NCBI GenBank assembly: GCA_012295275.1
Contig: CM022668.1
Coordinates: 16,244,001 to 16,308,000 of the forward strand
DNA length: 64,000 bases
Direction: 5' to 3'
DNA from: Chrysomallon squamiferum
Taxonomy: Eukaryota; Animalia; Mollusca
Every line of letters begins with the position of its first letter. Positions within the stretch are counted from its first letter, which is position 1. The notes beneath the pieces were generated by a model. The model saw only the letters and a list, made by a program, of their open reading frames with translations. It was not told the DNA's origin and made no database searches. Shown in pieces: positions 1 to 11,786 of the stretch. A program made the position numbers and the translations under genes.

Positions 1-192
1 CACGTAAAACACTCTCTCCCTTTAGTTTCCACACACAGATATTTAGATATTTAAATAAAATTACAGAGGCAGTGAAAAGAATAGAAGTTTCAGCAAAGTG
101 AACAGCAACACACAGATGTATTCTGAAGCACACAGATGTATTTTGAAGCAGTATTTACAGTGTGGGTGTAGGTGGACAGTGTGAAAATTTAC

Positions 193-285
193 CTGCAGAG
201 TGGCTCCCTCTAAAACTATGGATTCTCTGACTCGCACTCCTTCACCTACTGTTACATATCTACCTATAGTGACGTTAGGTCCAAG
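193..285 (-). CDS. GMPPA: GMPPA coding exon 9 ([31 protein letters not shown]); gene continues beyond the window edge
   Basis: ttcag| acceptor and CAG|gtaaa donor. Hexapeptide-repeat segment matching [27 protein letters not shown]. Confidence 0.95.
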
Positions 286-766
286 CTGAAAACACAACAC
301 ACGAATGTTTTCATAAATACACACATAAATTAACAGTTTCATTGTAAGTATGTGTTAAAAAATGATATGCTGATGAGTGTGTAAGATAAATGTATCGTTT
401 AAAGCATAGAAAATGTTGATATTGTACACACACAAATTAATACTCTGTGTACATGTCTTTAACTGTACGTTAAGAATGTATGACTTGATGAGTATTTTTG
501 TTAAATGTGTCAGTTAAATCTACAAATTTCAGTTTTATCATGTGTCAACACAAAAAGAGATATCAATATTTTCACTGTCCCAAATCTTACAGTACGATAA
601 TTACTAAAGATTTCATGGGCAGAAAATTCTGAAATGTGTAGATAGGCTAAAAAGGTAAATGTCCCTAACATCAAATAGACTATGAAATAAGTGGTTACAT
701 TAAAAACATCTATTTCACTTGAAGTTAACTGTGAGAAAGGTGTAATATATGTAAAATTTAACTCAC

Positions 767-911
767 TACTGCTGTGGGGTGGACTGAAGCTGTGGGGTGG
801 ATGAAAACATCTCCAATAATCCTTGGCTTGTCTTCCCCATTCACTGCCAGTCTCTCTGGGTGAGTCTTCCTGTAGATAGCCAGGTAGTGTCTGTTTGCAT
901 ACACTGCAGCC
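767..911 (-). CDS. GMPPA: GMPPA coding exon 8 (AAVYANRHYLAIYRKTHPERLAVNGEDKPRIIGDVFIHPTASVHPTAV)
   Basis: gtatcag| acceptor and GTA|gtgagt donor. Contains THPERLA and the start of the left-handed beta-helix (VFIHPTA). Confidence 0.95.
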
Positions 912-1034
912 CTGATACAGATCAATCAATTAAATAAACTGACAGCCATTTTTAGCGAAAAATAAAATTAAATATACCATATGAAACATTAAATAATATT
1001 TTAATTTCATCCATCAATCCATGTATGTATAGGT

Positions 1035-1063
1035 GTGTTTGTGTATGTGTGGTGTGTGTGTGT

Positions 1064-1148
<85 letters not shown>
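1035..1148. repeat. (TG)n microsatellite in a GMPPA intron, representative of dozens of CA/GA/AAT/ATCT/TAC tracts across the window
   Basis: Direct inspection. Confidence 0.95.
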
Positions 1149-1152
<4 letters not shown>

Positions 1153-1351
1153 GTATAAATATAGATATAGACACACACACACACATACATACATACATAC
1201 ACCACAATAAATAATTATCTGATATGTTTGGTTGTTTGCTAACAAAGGTTTAATGTTTTATGTATCTGAAAACTCAAATGTTGCTGGTACAACCTGATAA
1301 ATGCACATTGAACACATCTGACTGTAAACTATTCAAGTTTTTAAGTCTTAC

Positions 1352-1483
1352 CCTGCAGACTTGATCTGACTCCAGAATCTTGACGTATTTTTGAACACGA
1401 ACAGTTTGGCGCAGTTAGCGAGAGACACAAAAATATCTTGCTCCATCCGAATCACCTCCTTCGAGGGAATATGGAAATCAAAA
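1352..1483 (-). CDS. GMPPA: GMPPA coding exon 7 (FDFHIPSKEVIRMEQDIFVSLANCAKLFVFKNTSRFWSQIKSAG)
   Basis: cttctcttcag| acceptor and GG|gtaag donor. IR.EQD and WSQIKSAG are GMPPA hallmarks. Confidence 0.95.
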
Positions 1484-1693
1484 CTGAAGAGAAGAAACCA
1501 GTCATAGAGTTTAGTATTCAGATTATGTGGGTTTGATTTCATTACAAGATTTAGAAGATAAACAACAATTATGAAATATATACATATATATATATATTTT
1601 TACTTTTTGGATAAGTTTTTGTTATGATTTTAAATGAACACATCTATGTCTCTTTGTTAACACATATGGAGAATAATTAGGAAATAATAATAA

Positions 1694-1741
<48 letters not shown>

Positions 1742-2243
1742 CATAATAATAAAGATAATGATGACGCTAAGAATAACAACAATAATTAAAAAAAAGGAAA
1801 AAAAGAATAATATTCATGTCATTAAAAAAATCCATGAATTATGATTAAAATGACTTTTGTTTTCTTTATAAAGGTACAAAAATGTTATACCACAAATATA
1901 TTATACTTCAGTTATTTATTTATTTATTTATTTATTTGAGTACTTTTTAATCTGTCAAAGACAGCCTGACTCACCATCATGCCATTTTGAAGAAAACACA
2001 AACACGTAACACACACAAACAACTGTTATGTAACAGCCATGCATTACACAGTCAAACTGCATATTCAAACATGCACTGATAACACCACTGTAAATATGCA
2101 GGCCATTCTAGATTTGTACAGCACTGCTTATACTAAACAAAGTGACTATGAATTATTTAAAAAAATAAATAGTCCATCTTGGACTGTAAACTGATAAACT
2201 CTGGATATACATGATGATAAAAACATACATACACTTTCTTCAG

Positions 2244-2341
<98 letters not shown>

Positions 2342-3184
2342 CTTTCTCTTTCTTTTCTTAAGAAAAAATTACATCTTTAACAAAAATAAACATTCAAAGC
2401 GAAACACAAGTACATAATATAATTTAAACATGTTTTAGATTTAATTGTTAATTGATTTGGATATAACAATTTAAGGAATAACTAGAATGTATTTCATAGC
2501 CATATAATAAAATAGTAACTTGTGGGGTTTTTTGTTATGTATTGGGTTTATTAAGTTTAATTCTCATACCAGTGTGTGAATTTTATAGTCAGTATATGTT
2601 ATATCAGAAAAGCTTTTAAGAACAAAAGGTGCCAGAACATATATGAACAAATAATAAAATAAAATATGTTACAAATTGTTTTGTTTTTTTGTGAGTATTA
2701 AAGAATGTGATATAAATAATTAAAATGAAAAATGAAAAAAATGTTTATTAAATGTGAATATGTTTTATAAATATTATTCATTTAGTTTTATTGCTCTGCT
2801 TTGATATTTGTTAGAATAATTATTAGCATAATGTTTTTTGCCTATTTTTAAAAAAAACTAAAATTTGTCACACATGCACACACAAATACACACCGATACA
2901 TAAGAACACACACTCACACATACAAACACACACAATAAAAAAAAAAAAAAAAAAATTTAACATGAATAATTATACATTTGACTAGCAAATTACAACAACA
3001 ACAACAAAAACCCTCATGATTTTGTTTGACTGATGACAAATAAGTGACAACAAAGACTTGTTAGTCTACTTCCCCAGTGACAAAACATCACAGAGCAGTT
3101 TGACCATGCAACCTAACGGGCACTGAATTAGATCATTAAACATCTGCTGAAAACATGCAAAATGGTGCATTCTCGTGTACATAC

Positions 3185-3202
3185 CTAAGAAATTCAGCAG
3201 AA
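3185..3202 (-). CDS. GMPPA: Candidate 18-nt alternatively spliced GMPPA microexon (adds SAEFLS)
   Basis: Minus strand reads gttctgtttattttgtag|TTCTGCTGAATTTCTTAG|gtatgt. It is phase 2-2, stop-free and in frame between exons 6 and 7. TGCATG occurs at 3154-3159 and 3105-3110 in the downstream intron. Confidence 0.55.
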
Positions 3203-4177
3203 CTACAAAATAAACAGAACAATATCTGTGGTCACAAGATAATTAAATCAGACTGGTTGCATCTATGTGTACATACTCTGCAGGTTATCAGTGTTGATGT
3301 TTTCAATAAATCCACCATTAAAAATATAAGAATATAACTGTGAAGATATTTTTGTGGGGTTTGTAGATGTTTACAAGACAGAATCTGAAAGCTGGGTGCA
3401 AAATGAGTAATTTGTGTGTGCCAAAAGTGGATGATAAATAAACATTTTGGACTTACAAATCTGAAATAGATGATGCTAATATTACACGTAGATTAAGTTA
3501 TTTCCAGAAAGTTTAGCTGTTCTTTTCTTTTAGTAAATAAAGATAATAAATAAAAATAATAAATATAGATGTTGATACTCTAGGAAAAACTAGATTATGC
3601 ACAAACTCCTGATATATGTTATTGTGATAAAGAATTTTCTTTTCTTCTGTTTTTTTTGTAATAAGTAAAGATATTGGTATTTTAAACTAGATTTATGCTA
3701 GAAATACTGGTCTATGTTGTTCTTCTGAGAAAGGTGGGTTTTTTTTAATATGAACACTTGGTCTGTCACATGCTGAATTGGCTGGTATTTCACACACACA
3801 CACAAACAGATTTGAATACATTTACCTATATAAAAACTAAATTAGTATAAATCTTTATGACTTCAAAATCTGCTAAATTCCTCACTGTGACATCAAAAAA
3901 GGAATAATTTATATGATTGTTTTTCATTTGTGTTTTTTGTTCTTAAATTTATACCTAAACATACTGTTATGTTATGTAAGTAAAGGCCTTAAAAAATCTA
4001 TTTTAAAAAAAAAAAAAAAAAAAAAATTAATGTAGACATGTAAAGGAATTGCAGACTGGATTATCATTCTTCTTATTTTTGCCAGTGTATTTATTTCAAA
4101 TATTTAAACATGAACAAAAATTGAAATATTTAAACATGTTGAAAATTAAAAAAGATATTATTGTACAAACAACTTAC

Positions 4178-4308
4178 TTGTAGTTTTCTTCCAAATTCTG
4201 TTTGAATGCAACCTCCAGTTTCTCAAATATTTGTGGATAGAAAAGATAAATACCGCAGTTGATGGTAGTGCTTACAAATGTCTCTGGTTTTTCAACGTAA
4301 TGCAGAAT
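4178..4308 (-). CDS. GMPPA: GMPPA coding exon 6 (ILHYVEKPETFVSTTINCGIYLFYPQIFEKLEVAFKQNLEENY..)
   Basis: ttttgcag| acceptor and AA|gtaagt donor (phase 2). HYVEKP and INCGIYLF motifs. Confidence 0.95.
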
Positions 4309-4537
4309 CTGCAAAAATATTATCAATAAAATTAAATTTTCAGTATTTCTGTGTTTTATGATTTATGTTTTTAATGATCTGAGAAGATTTGTTAATGCTT
4401 CTGTCTTTATGTTTGTGTTTTTAATGTGTGTTTTGTGTGTGAACTTATTTGTTCATTTGTTAATGAAACAAGTGAAAACTAATTTAGTTTTATTTCTATT
4501 TTGTCTGATATTACATTTAGAACAGTAAATATTATAC

Positions 4538-4597
4538 CTCGTGTGTTTCAGGGTTTTCTACGATACATCCGTAAGTTAGAGACTGTTGTCTTGTGGC
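4538..4597 (-). CDS. GMPPA: GMPPA coding exon 5 (ATRQQSLTYGCIVENPETHE)
   Basis: tttcag| acceptor and GAG|gtat donor. QSL.YGCIVENP.THE is conserved in GMPPA. Confidence 0.93.
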
Positions 4598-5475
4598 CTG
4601 AAATTCAAAAACATAAACAAAACATTACTTAACATATATTATTTTATCACATTTCACTCATGTGTACTGCAAAGTTTTGGAATGACATTTATATTTCAAT
4701 TTATTTGCTGGTGTGGAATACAAACTGCTTTTAACATGATCTTAAAACAGCACTTAAACCCTGAAAAATAAATATATAAGTAAATAAGAAATAATTTATA
4801 TACATTTCTGAAAATTATAGAAATGTAAATAGTCATCTTATCTTGCTGCTAAGTACAGTGATTGCTAAATAAATAAATAAACATATATATATATGTAAAT
4901 AAATATACACAGATATATATACACATATGCACAAATAATCTAAATGTATTTTGTAACCTTTGAAGTTACTCTGTTGTGTATTAACAATAGTTTAGTGTCT
5001 TTCAAACTCAACATACTTATTCCCTTTTGTTAAGATATTATTTATAAATAGATACAATGCTAAAGTGAAATCTACTGACTGCCATTCTTCGTGTATATCT
5101 AACCACTCATGCTTTACCTTTCACTGTACTGGTGTAGAATAATAACAACAATGATGACGATGATGATCTTTTTAGGTTTTTTTATGTCTGTATGTCTGTC
5201 TGTCAGACTGAGGATATGTATATATCTCTCTGTTTGTGAATGCACATGTGTCTGTTTATGTTTGTATGTCTGTGTGTGTGTCAGTGTGTTTATGTGTGTG
5301 TGTAAATATATGTATATTGTATGTACATATGTGTGTGTGTTTAGTTTGAGCCTGTCAGTCAACAAGGAACATACAAAGATGATTTGAACATAGATGTACT
5401 GAGCTGAGGTCTGCGTGTTATCACAAACTAGATGCTGTACATAAAGGATGAAAAGATACCACTTACTGGACTTAC

Positions 5476-5668
5476 CTCTGTAGCTAGAATTGTACCATAG
5501 GCGCCCTCTGGAGTCTGGTGATGAAATTCCAGCATTTCCTCCAAGGGGAAGTCACCACAGACGTCTGAGTTCATCACGAAGAAACACTCTGGATTACCTG
5601 TCAGGATTTGATCTCGGAAATGATAAATTCCACCTGCCGTGCCCAGAGCTGTGTACTCCTGCAGATAT
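5476..5668 (-). CDS. GMPPA: GMPPA coding exon 4 ([64 protein letters not shown])
   Basis: cctgtcag| acceptor and GAG|gtaag donor. Conserved YLQE..LGTAGG.YHFRDQI and NSDVC.DFPL motifs. Confidence 0.95.
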
Positions 5669-5926
5669 CTGACAGGAAAAAAATAAAAAATGTTTTAAGT
5701 AATACTCTCATTACACAAGTTTTGTTGAATATGTTTGTGTGTCACGTAAAATTCAGATATCTGACAGGAAAATGAATAACAAATGTTTTAAGGAATACTC
5801 TCATTACACGAGTTTTGTTGAATATGTTTGTGTGTCACGTAAAATTCAGATATCTGACAGGAAAAAAATAAAAAATGTTTTAAGTAATACTCTCTTTACA
5901 CAAGTTTTGTTGAATATGTTTGTGTG
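5662..5926. repeat. ~92-bp tandem repeat (about 3 copies) containing the GMPPA exon-4 splice acceptor
   Basis: cagatatctgacagg recurs at 5662, 5754 and 5847 with near-identical flanks. Confidence 0.9.
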
Positions 5927-6355
5927 AAAATAAAATTATTCTCAAATCATGATGGATAAATGAATAGTGAAAGGACAAAAATTATTTTTAAAATCTACCA
6001 AGAGAAAATATTATATATTTAACATAAAAGAGAAAGAAGTGAGATTTAAAACAAGAAAAGAAACATATGAGAAAAATTATTTTTTATGGAGAAATCATTC
6101 TGTGAGTTTGTACATTTCAACTCTGTCATTTACGATATTACTAAATAAATAAATAAAGATAACGTTAAATATTAAATATTAATCAGTATAACTGAATAAA
6201 ATTAATATGAAAAGACACACAACAACAGAAAAGGGAGATAAATCACTGACTAAAATAAACCTTTGAGGAAAATGAAAAAAGTATTAAGCTATAAAAGTAT
6301 TAAGAACTGAACATGAAAGTTTTCAGTTCTGCACTGAAAACTCTGACTCTGTTAC

Positions 6356-6459
6356 CTGATCTGGATCTGAAATTCTTGCTGACAGTTGAGAATAAACTTG
6401 CTGAGCGAATCATTTGGCTGGTAAAATCCAATAAGGATAATCTCTTTCAAATCCTTCAC
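6356..6459 (-). CDS. GMPPA: GMPPA coding exon 3 (VKDLKEIILIGFYQPNDSLSKFILNCQQEFQIQIR)
   Basis: ttttttag| acceptor and AG|gtaac donor. EIILIGFYQP matches GMPPA. Confidence 0.93.
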
Positions 6460-6815
6460 CTAAAAAACGCACAAAGTTAATTAACAGTGTTGTGTCTTCA
6501 ACAAACATAGTATTGTAATTTGACTTTCCTCTGTAAAATATTACCATAGACTGCTGAATGTAAATATGCAAAACAGAAAACAGAAATATAACAATTGACT
6601 TAAACTGATACTAATATTAATAATAAATAATAATAAAATAAACAATTACTAGTAACATTACCACTACTACTACTAATACTAATAATAAATTAAACAAATC
6701 CTGAAAAATCGCAAAAACTATGCAATTAATTTATGACCAGAATGACAGTTAAGTTTCTGAATGCTTCAATATACAACAAACACAGCTAATACAGTATTTT
6801 ATTTTGAAATATTAC

Positions 6816-6913
6816 CTTTACACAGGCCTCGATGTGATGGTAAACCATAGGAAAACCAGCAACTGGAAACAGTGGTTTTGGAATGTCCAAAGATAAAGGT
6901 CGGAAACGGGTCC
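6816..6913 (-). CDS. GMPPA: GMPPA coding exon 2 ([33 protein letters not shown])
   Basis: ctgtcag| acceptor and AAG|gtaat donor. Contains the nucleotidyl-transferase signature [12 protein letters not shown]. 98 nt, keeps frame. Confidence 0.95.
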
Positions 6914-7025
6914 CTGACAGAAAAACAAATTAAAAAATTATAAACTATAAAAATATATTTTCCAAAATATATATTATATAATGATAATCGTGTAACTTTT
7001 AATCTAATCAAGAACACTTTTACAA

Positions 7026-7077
<52 letters not shown>

Positions 7078-7257
7078 GTCTTATGGAATGTAATGTTACT
7101 ACTGATAATTAGTTGTTTGCATCATTGCGATTGTCAAATGTCAAAGCTACAATTAATCATTTAACAATATAACATTAACTTTCTAAACCTAGTCATGAAC
7201 ATATAATATGATTTTATTTCTTAACGTTAAACACTGTTAATAGATGAAATGAAATAC

Positions 7258-7297
7258 CTTTCATAGGACCACCAATTAAAATAATTGCTTTCAACAT
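7258..7297 (-). CDS. GMPPA: GMPPA coding exon 1 (MLKAIILIGGPMK-G)
   Basis: ATG at 7297 on the minus strand. The translation matches the GMPPA N-terminus (MLKAVILIGGPQKG). The GGPxKG insertion distinguishes GMPPA from GMPPB (GGYG). Ends at a phase-1 GT donor (G|gtattt). Confidence 0.93.
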
Positions 7298-7950
7298 TAT
7301 TATTTTTAATACGTCCAGTAAACAAATGAAAACCAGTTACACGTCAACGACAAAACAGAAAAAAACTGTTTAGAGTGATGTCCCTTTAAGGAAGGTCTTT
7401 TGATACATGCAAGTCATACGAACAGTCTGAGATCCATTTTCTACCTAATTGTTTCGGGACCGGCATCGTAATAGAAAAACGTTGACAATTATTTTGTTTA
7501 ACAACTATTAGTATATCCGTACGATATGCAATTAATGAATGAAATATTTTAATTTAACCGATTGTGAATGGGATTGTCTAAAGGATTGGATCCAAGTAGA
7601 AAATTTACCAATAAGTGATTTATGTAACAAAACTAACTGAATTTTTGGAGTGAATAGCCACATTTGTATGATAATTTATATTGTTATACTAATTACAAAA
7701 TTAAATTATTTTACTAAATTATGTAATCATTTTTTTTTCAGTATGAATAAATTTGTGAAAATACATTTAATAACCATTAATATTAAAAAGTGCTTTCGTT
7801 TAATCATTCACATTTATTCTGACAGATCTCTTTAATAATAGAAAGAAAAAAAAAAAAAAAAAAAAAATTAAAACGGACACAGGCAATAACGAACGATTTA
7901 ACTTCGTTTCTTATGTTCGTTAATCCTCGGTTTTACACACTATAAGTAAG

Positions 7951-8260
7951 ACGTCAACAATTGTTCTACGTCACTTAGAAACTAAAACGTAAAGTAGCGA
8001 ATGAACTTGGGTAAACGTTAACAAAGATTTGGCTCTTAGAAGCAGGGGAGGGAATTCTAAAGGGTAAACATTATAATTATTTAATTTTTGTTTTAGTGTA
8101 ATACAGAATAATAGCAGGTTTATTTTAAAATAACTGTATGATGTATGTATCTATCTATCTATATATATATACGTATAGGTTAGTATGTGGATGTATATGT
8201 ATGTCTCTGTATGAAAGCATGTCAGTTTATATTAATACGTCAACAATTGTGTGACGTCAC
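7951..8260. promoter_or_regulatory. Duplicated 24-bp bZIP/CRE-type motif upstream of GMPPA
   Basis: ACGTCAACAATTGTnnnACGTCAC occurs at 7951-7974 and 8237-8260. The second copy contains a perfect TGACGTCA. Confidence 0.4.
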
Positions 8261-8433
8261 AAGACATTTGTGTTTGCTTCTTTTTGTAGGCAAGTATAAA
8301 TACATTCGTACGCGTGTATCTGTATATATTTGTATATAACGTTTAGATCTAGTTATGTAACCGTGTTTGTAGGAGTGTCTTTGTATACACGTTTATTTAT
8401 ATGTATGGATGTATAATGTATATGTGTGTGTGT

Positions 8434-8496
<63 letters not shown>

Positions 8497-8757
8497 CCTC
8501 TCTCTCTCTCTCTCTATATATATATATCTAGACATATACTACATACACACATCACTCTCTCTCTCCTCTATATTATTTTATTCTACACATACCTCTTCCT
8601 TTTGTTGGTGGATACAGATAAAACCCCATGCCGCACGCTCCACATCTATTTCCCGTCTCTCTTTATCAAAGGGATGTACTCTCGTTAGATCTCTCTATAT
8701 GTGCTAAGGTCATTTTCTTCTTGAATAGGCTCTGGAAAAAAATATATATAGTAGTAA

Positions 8758-8823
<66 letters not shown>

Positions 8824-8894
8824 AAGAAGAAGAAGCAGAAGAAGAAGATAGATAGATAGAGAGAGAGAATATCTGCTTATGCATAATAAAAATG

Positions 8895-8981
<87 letters not shown>

Positions 8982-9160
8982 ACGTATACATGGATGAGCA
9001 CATTCCAGAGTAAAACAAGAACATATAAATGTTGATCAGTGGGAGATACAATTTATAATATGCCAAATCGCAGTCAAATATTCGTGTTAACCTTTCCAGT
9101 TAGTAACGGGATGATTAATTACCAGTAACTGTTGCTATTCGAGCCACGTATATATATCTT

Positions 9161-9204
<44 letters not shown>

Positions 9205-10260
9205 GTAGGCGTTCTCGTTTAAAGTGTGAAGCATTTGTTAATTGATATCTTTAGAGAAAGTATACTTCATTATCATTAATGTTATCGATAAGTGTTACAT
9301 TTAAAACTAATTAATGTGTTTGCTTGTTGTTGTTTTTTTATTATTTACTGGCCTGCATCTGCCACACGAATGTAATTATGACCTCTTTATATCTGACTGC
9401 GGTACAGAATTAAACAAAGGAAAAAAGGAAAAACAACAGAAATGTGATTACGGGGATCTGCTCGGAGGCGTTGTGTCTGTTGTGATATTTGCAGACGCAT
9501 GTCGAACGCTCGTGTTTGGCACGCGCGTCTAGCCACGTGTTAGCCGGCCAGATAGCAAATATTTTCATATCTGATCACGAAGCATATACGATCGCGATTT
9601 ATACTCTCTAGGTACACGAAATACTTACTGCATATGCCAGTGCTTCGGCTAAATGTAAATGTTGACGCAACACAAATTGACCACAGATTCGTATCCGCTT
9701 TACGAACTGGCGGCTGGCCAGTTTTACCTGTAACCTGCTTGTATTGACAATATGGCCCCTGCTCTTTCACAACGCATCTCTGATTACCTAATATCAATTT
9801 TATTGCTTCCACATTGCGAATGTTGCTAAATACAACAATCACGTCCACAAGCCGCAAACAAAAAAACGGTGTTTTTATTTCTTTGTGAGAAGCTTGTTTC
9901 GCGTCCGGTGTTTCGCATCAAGACACTAGTTCGAACCACCTTGCGTGCAAGATAACTTCGGCTCAGATTAAAAACGAGAAAGATCCGCGAAGAAACTAAT
10001 CTGTTTGTAATTTAATAACTGTCGCTGCTCTTGTGAAATAATACATGTACATATGTTTAAGTAGGATTTTGAAATATCGTTATTATGAATATTAAGTATA
10101 TTCTTTGTTTTCTTTCATCTTTTATTTATATATTTGTTTTCATTTATTATAAAAAAATTTAAGACTGAATTATTAACTTTAAGTTTTATTATGGTAAACT
10201 AAATTATTATAATTTGACGGTAAATAAATGAAGAAACTTTAAATAAAATAAATGTTATTA

Positions 10261-10309
<49 letters not shown>

Positions 10310-10558
10310 GTTTATTATCTTTAAACCCGGTGGGCTATTTTCTTCTTTCTTTTTAACCTCAGCTTTGATTTTAAAAAATCCCCCCAAAAACCCGTATACA
10401 AACTTTTCCAAAAAGAAAATAAGAATAAAATAAAATACAGTTGAATTAGAGCGGCACACCTGTGTCTTGATATTTCAGAAACTTAATAACTGTGATATTT
10501 AAGCTATTTCAAGTTGAAATGTTTCCTTGACTATTAACACTTGCAATGTCACCTTGGA

Positions 10559-10572
10559 GGTGCCATGGCAAC
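10559..10572. promoter_or_regulatory. RFX X-box-like palindrome
   Basis: GGTGCCATGGCAAC matches 13 of 14 bases of GTTGCCATGGCAAC. It lies ~85 bp upstream of a consensus AAG|GTAAGT donor at 10657/10658. Confidence 0.5.
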
Positions 10573-10574
10573 AC

Positions 10575-10657
10575 CGACTACAGTTACTTTCTCGTCGTCT
10601 ACAGTTTCCTCATATACGTATCCCATGCTCTGATAAGACGAACGCGGCGAACTAAAG
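10575..10657 (+). other. Putative non-coding 5' exon (possibly of the innexin gene); 5' boundary approximate
   Basis: Strong donor AAG|gtaagt directly downstream of the X-box. No phase-compatible ATG. Confidence 0.3.
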
Positions 10658-11723
10658 GTAAGTTAACTCTTTCTCCGTTATTACCAGCTACTTTACGTTT
10701 AAATAATATTAAATAAAACAGCATGTAATATTGTGTAAAAAAAGAAAAGAAAAGAGAAATAAAATTATATGGTATTTAAAGTCGTAGAATTGTGTTCGAC
10801 TTAGAATTTAAAATTTAATTTTTATTTATAATTATAATTTATTTAGTCTTTATATCTTTGTCAAACGTATGGTGATTTTATTTTCACAAAATTTAGTTAA
10901 ATCCACAACCAAAAATTTTGTTTCAAAATCGCTTCTGTTCATATTTCCATATATTCAAAGTTTTATAGTAGAAAAGTGTATGTTTTGACTTGAAAAACTC
11001 ATGTTGTGTTTTTCAGTTTAATATGTAAAAAATGCAGTAATGGTCATTAGTATTATTTGTTTATTTTATTTTATTTACTTATTCATTCATTCAATTGTTT
11101 GTTTATTTATTTATTTTTGATTTGTTTGTTTGTTTGTTTATTTATTTATTTAATTGTCGTTTATTTATTTAGCAGAACAAAATTTCTCATTGCAATTTTT
11201 AAACACGCTCGCTGCGGGCATTCAGCGGTGCTGTTTTAACTTTCATTCATACGTTAAACCACTGATTTTATATTCCAAAGTTACGATATTTTACTCAGTT
11301 GTGGTGACAAATATATTTCACAGACTGAGTACCCATAACGATAACTCTGCCAGAAGTGATTTAAACCCATTTTATCACATAACAATAATATCGGTACTTT
11401 AGTTCTACAAATAAAAATTATGCAAATATTTTGCAACAAAAAGCTTTTCTGACGATTACCAAATCCATGCGTACACATGCATGCATTAACCCACATATAC
11501 ACATGCATGCATTAACCCACATATACACATGCCTCAGTATACATGCGGCACATACATATGCATACATACACTTATATGATGCTTTTCTGTCTTTGTATAA
11601 TCTGTCAGTATGTCGTCCATTCTGCCTATGTAACAACAACAACAATAATAATAATTATAATATACACGCATAAAACATACATGCGTACATTTGTGTATAT
11701 ATCTTTATGTATCTATCTATCTA

Positions 11724-11786
<63 letters not shown>

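Noticed and set aside
1975-2022. Second possible GMPPA cassette exon ending at G|gtgagt (1975/1974)
   Set aside because: No good acceptor nearby. The only frame-preserving AG gives an in-frame TGA.
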